DNA of 64,000 nucleotides from assembly GCA_016282375.1 (NCBI GenBank), contig JAEEKI010000011.1:1691-65690 (forward strand). The letters are read 5' to 3'. The translations under genes and the position numbers were made by a program. The notes below the pieces were generated by a model. It worked only from the letters and a program-made list of their open reading frames with translations. It searched no databases and was not told where the DNA came from. Within the stretch, counting starts at the first letter, position 1, and every line of letters starts with the position of its first letter. Shown piece after piece: positions 63,356 through 64,000 of this stretch. This DNA comes from Bacillales bacterium (GTDB lineage Bacteria; Bacillota_I; Bacilli_A; RF39; UBA660).

Positions 63356-64000
63356 ATGAAAAACAATAATCTTGTTTTGTCAATTATAGCGGTTACTGTT
63401 TTAATTGCTTTATTAGGTATTGCAACCTATGCCTATTTCGTAGGAAATGTTAATACCAATAATGTTGCTAATTTAAATGCTATTACTGAACAAAATAATA
63501 TGGTTTTTGATGTCACCGGTGGTAATATGGCCCTTAATGTTACGGTAGCCAATATGGTTCAGTCCAAAGCAGGTCTTATTGCGGCCCGAAATATGACAAG
63601 TTTAACGGTAAGTTTTACTCCGAATACCGAATATAGCATGGTTTGTACATATGATATAGTTTATGAATGGACAAGTGCTGATAAATATACCACGCATAGT
63701 TTAGGGGTAACCGATAATGAATTTACGATTCAAGCTAATTTAAATCGTAATGATAATAATCTAGCAGGAAATAATCTAATTGCTAATGAAACAGATTTAT
63801 CAACTCTTAGTTATACCAACAATAAAACAACCGTGGTAACAGGAGCTAAGATATCGGGAAGTGGAAGTACAACGCAAACAGCAGAATGGACAATTCGAAC
63901 TAAATTTTATAATGCTGATGCTGATCAAGTAACCTTATCAGGTAAAAATTATGCTGGTAAGTTTAGCGTCGAGATTGTCTCATGCATTGGCGGTTCATTA
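63356..64000 (+). CDS. Fourth ATYAYF-family surface protein (partial, runs off the window)
   Basis: MKNNNLVLSII...GIATYAYF...NNMVFD...CTYDIVYEWTSADKY...ETDLSTL...AGKF...VSC; open to base 64000. Confidence 0.88.
   Translation, partial: MKNNNLVLSIIAVTVLIALLGIATYAYFVGNVNTNNVANLNAITEQNNMVFDVTGGNMALNVTVANMVQSKAGLIAARNMTSLTVSFTPNTEYSMVCTYDIVYEWTSADKYTTHSLGVTDNEFTIQANLNRNDNNLAGNNLIANETDLSTLSYTNNKTTVVTGAKISGSGSTTQTAEWTIRTKFYNADADQVTLSGKNYAGKFSVEIVSCIGGSL

Overview
This is an AT-rich, strongly + strand-biased chromosomal segment of a low-GC Firmicute. Gene content and style suggest Bacilli of the RF39/Erysipelotrichales-like type (inference), using the standard code with TGA as stop. A sparse housekeeping backbone (pyrG, rplS, lepB, rbgA, rnhB, topA, a SpoVB/MurJ-like flippase, a P-type ATPase, CDF/NCS2/ABC transporters) is interleaved with many short accessory genes. 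Three window-wide patterns stand out. (1) Four dispersed paralogues share a SipW-type signal (ATYAYF) and a ~200-aa constant N-terminal domain; the three complete ones carry swapped C-terminal passengers (two BspA/LRR_5 arrays, one Cys-rich domain). A separate sipW-DUF5305-like operon could process them in trans. (2) Many unrelated orphan enzymes end in a similar basic C-terminal tail, with RVLKK exactly three times plus variants. (3) Nine copies of one terminator-like palindrome (CTAG-N6-CTAG, mostly GNAA loop) punctuate the accessory genes like cassette boundaries, most fused to a -10 promoter. Also present: a preQ1-I riboswitch, a yybP-ykoY (Mn2+) riboswitch ahead of an orphan gene, an L19 leader, a candidate sRNA with an anti-SD motif, an SBP-vWA/XpaC/SBP/TelA/AAA operon and several gene remnants. 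I recognised no tRNA, rRNA, CRISPR, integrase, transposase or reverse transcriptase. All family assignments are by-eye motif recognition, not database searches.
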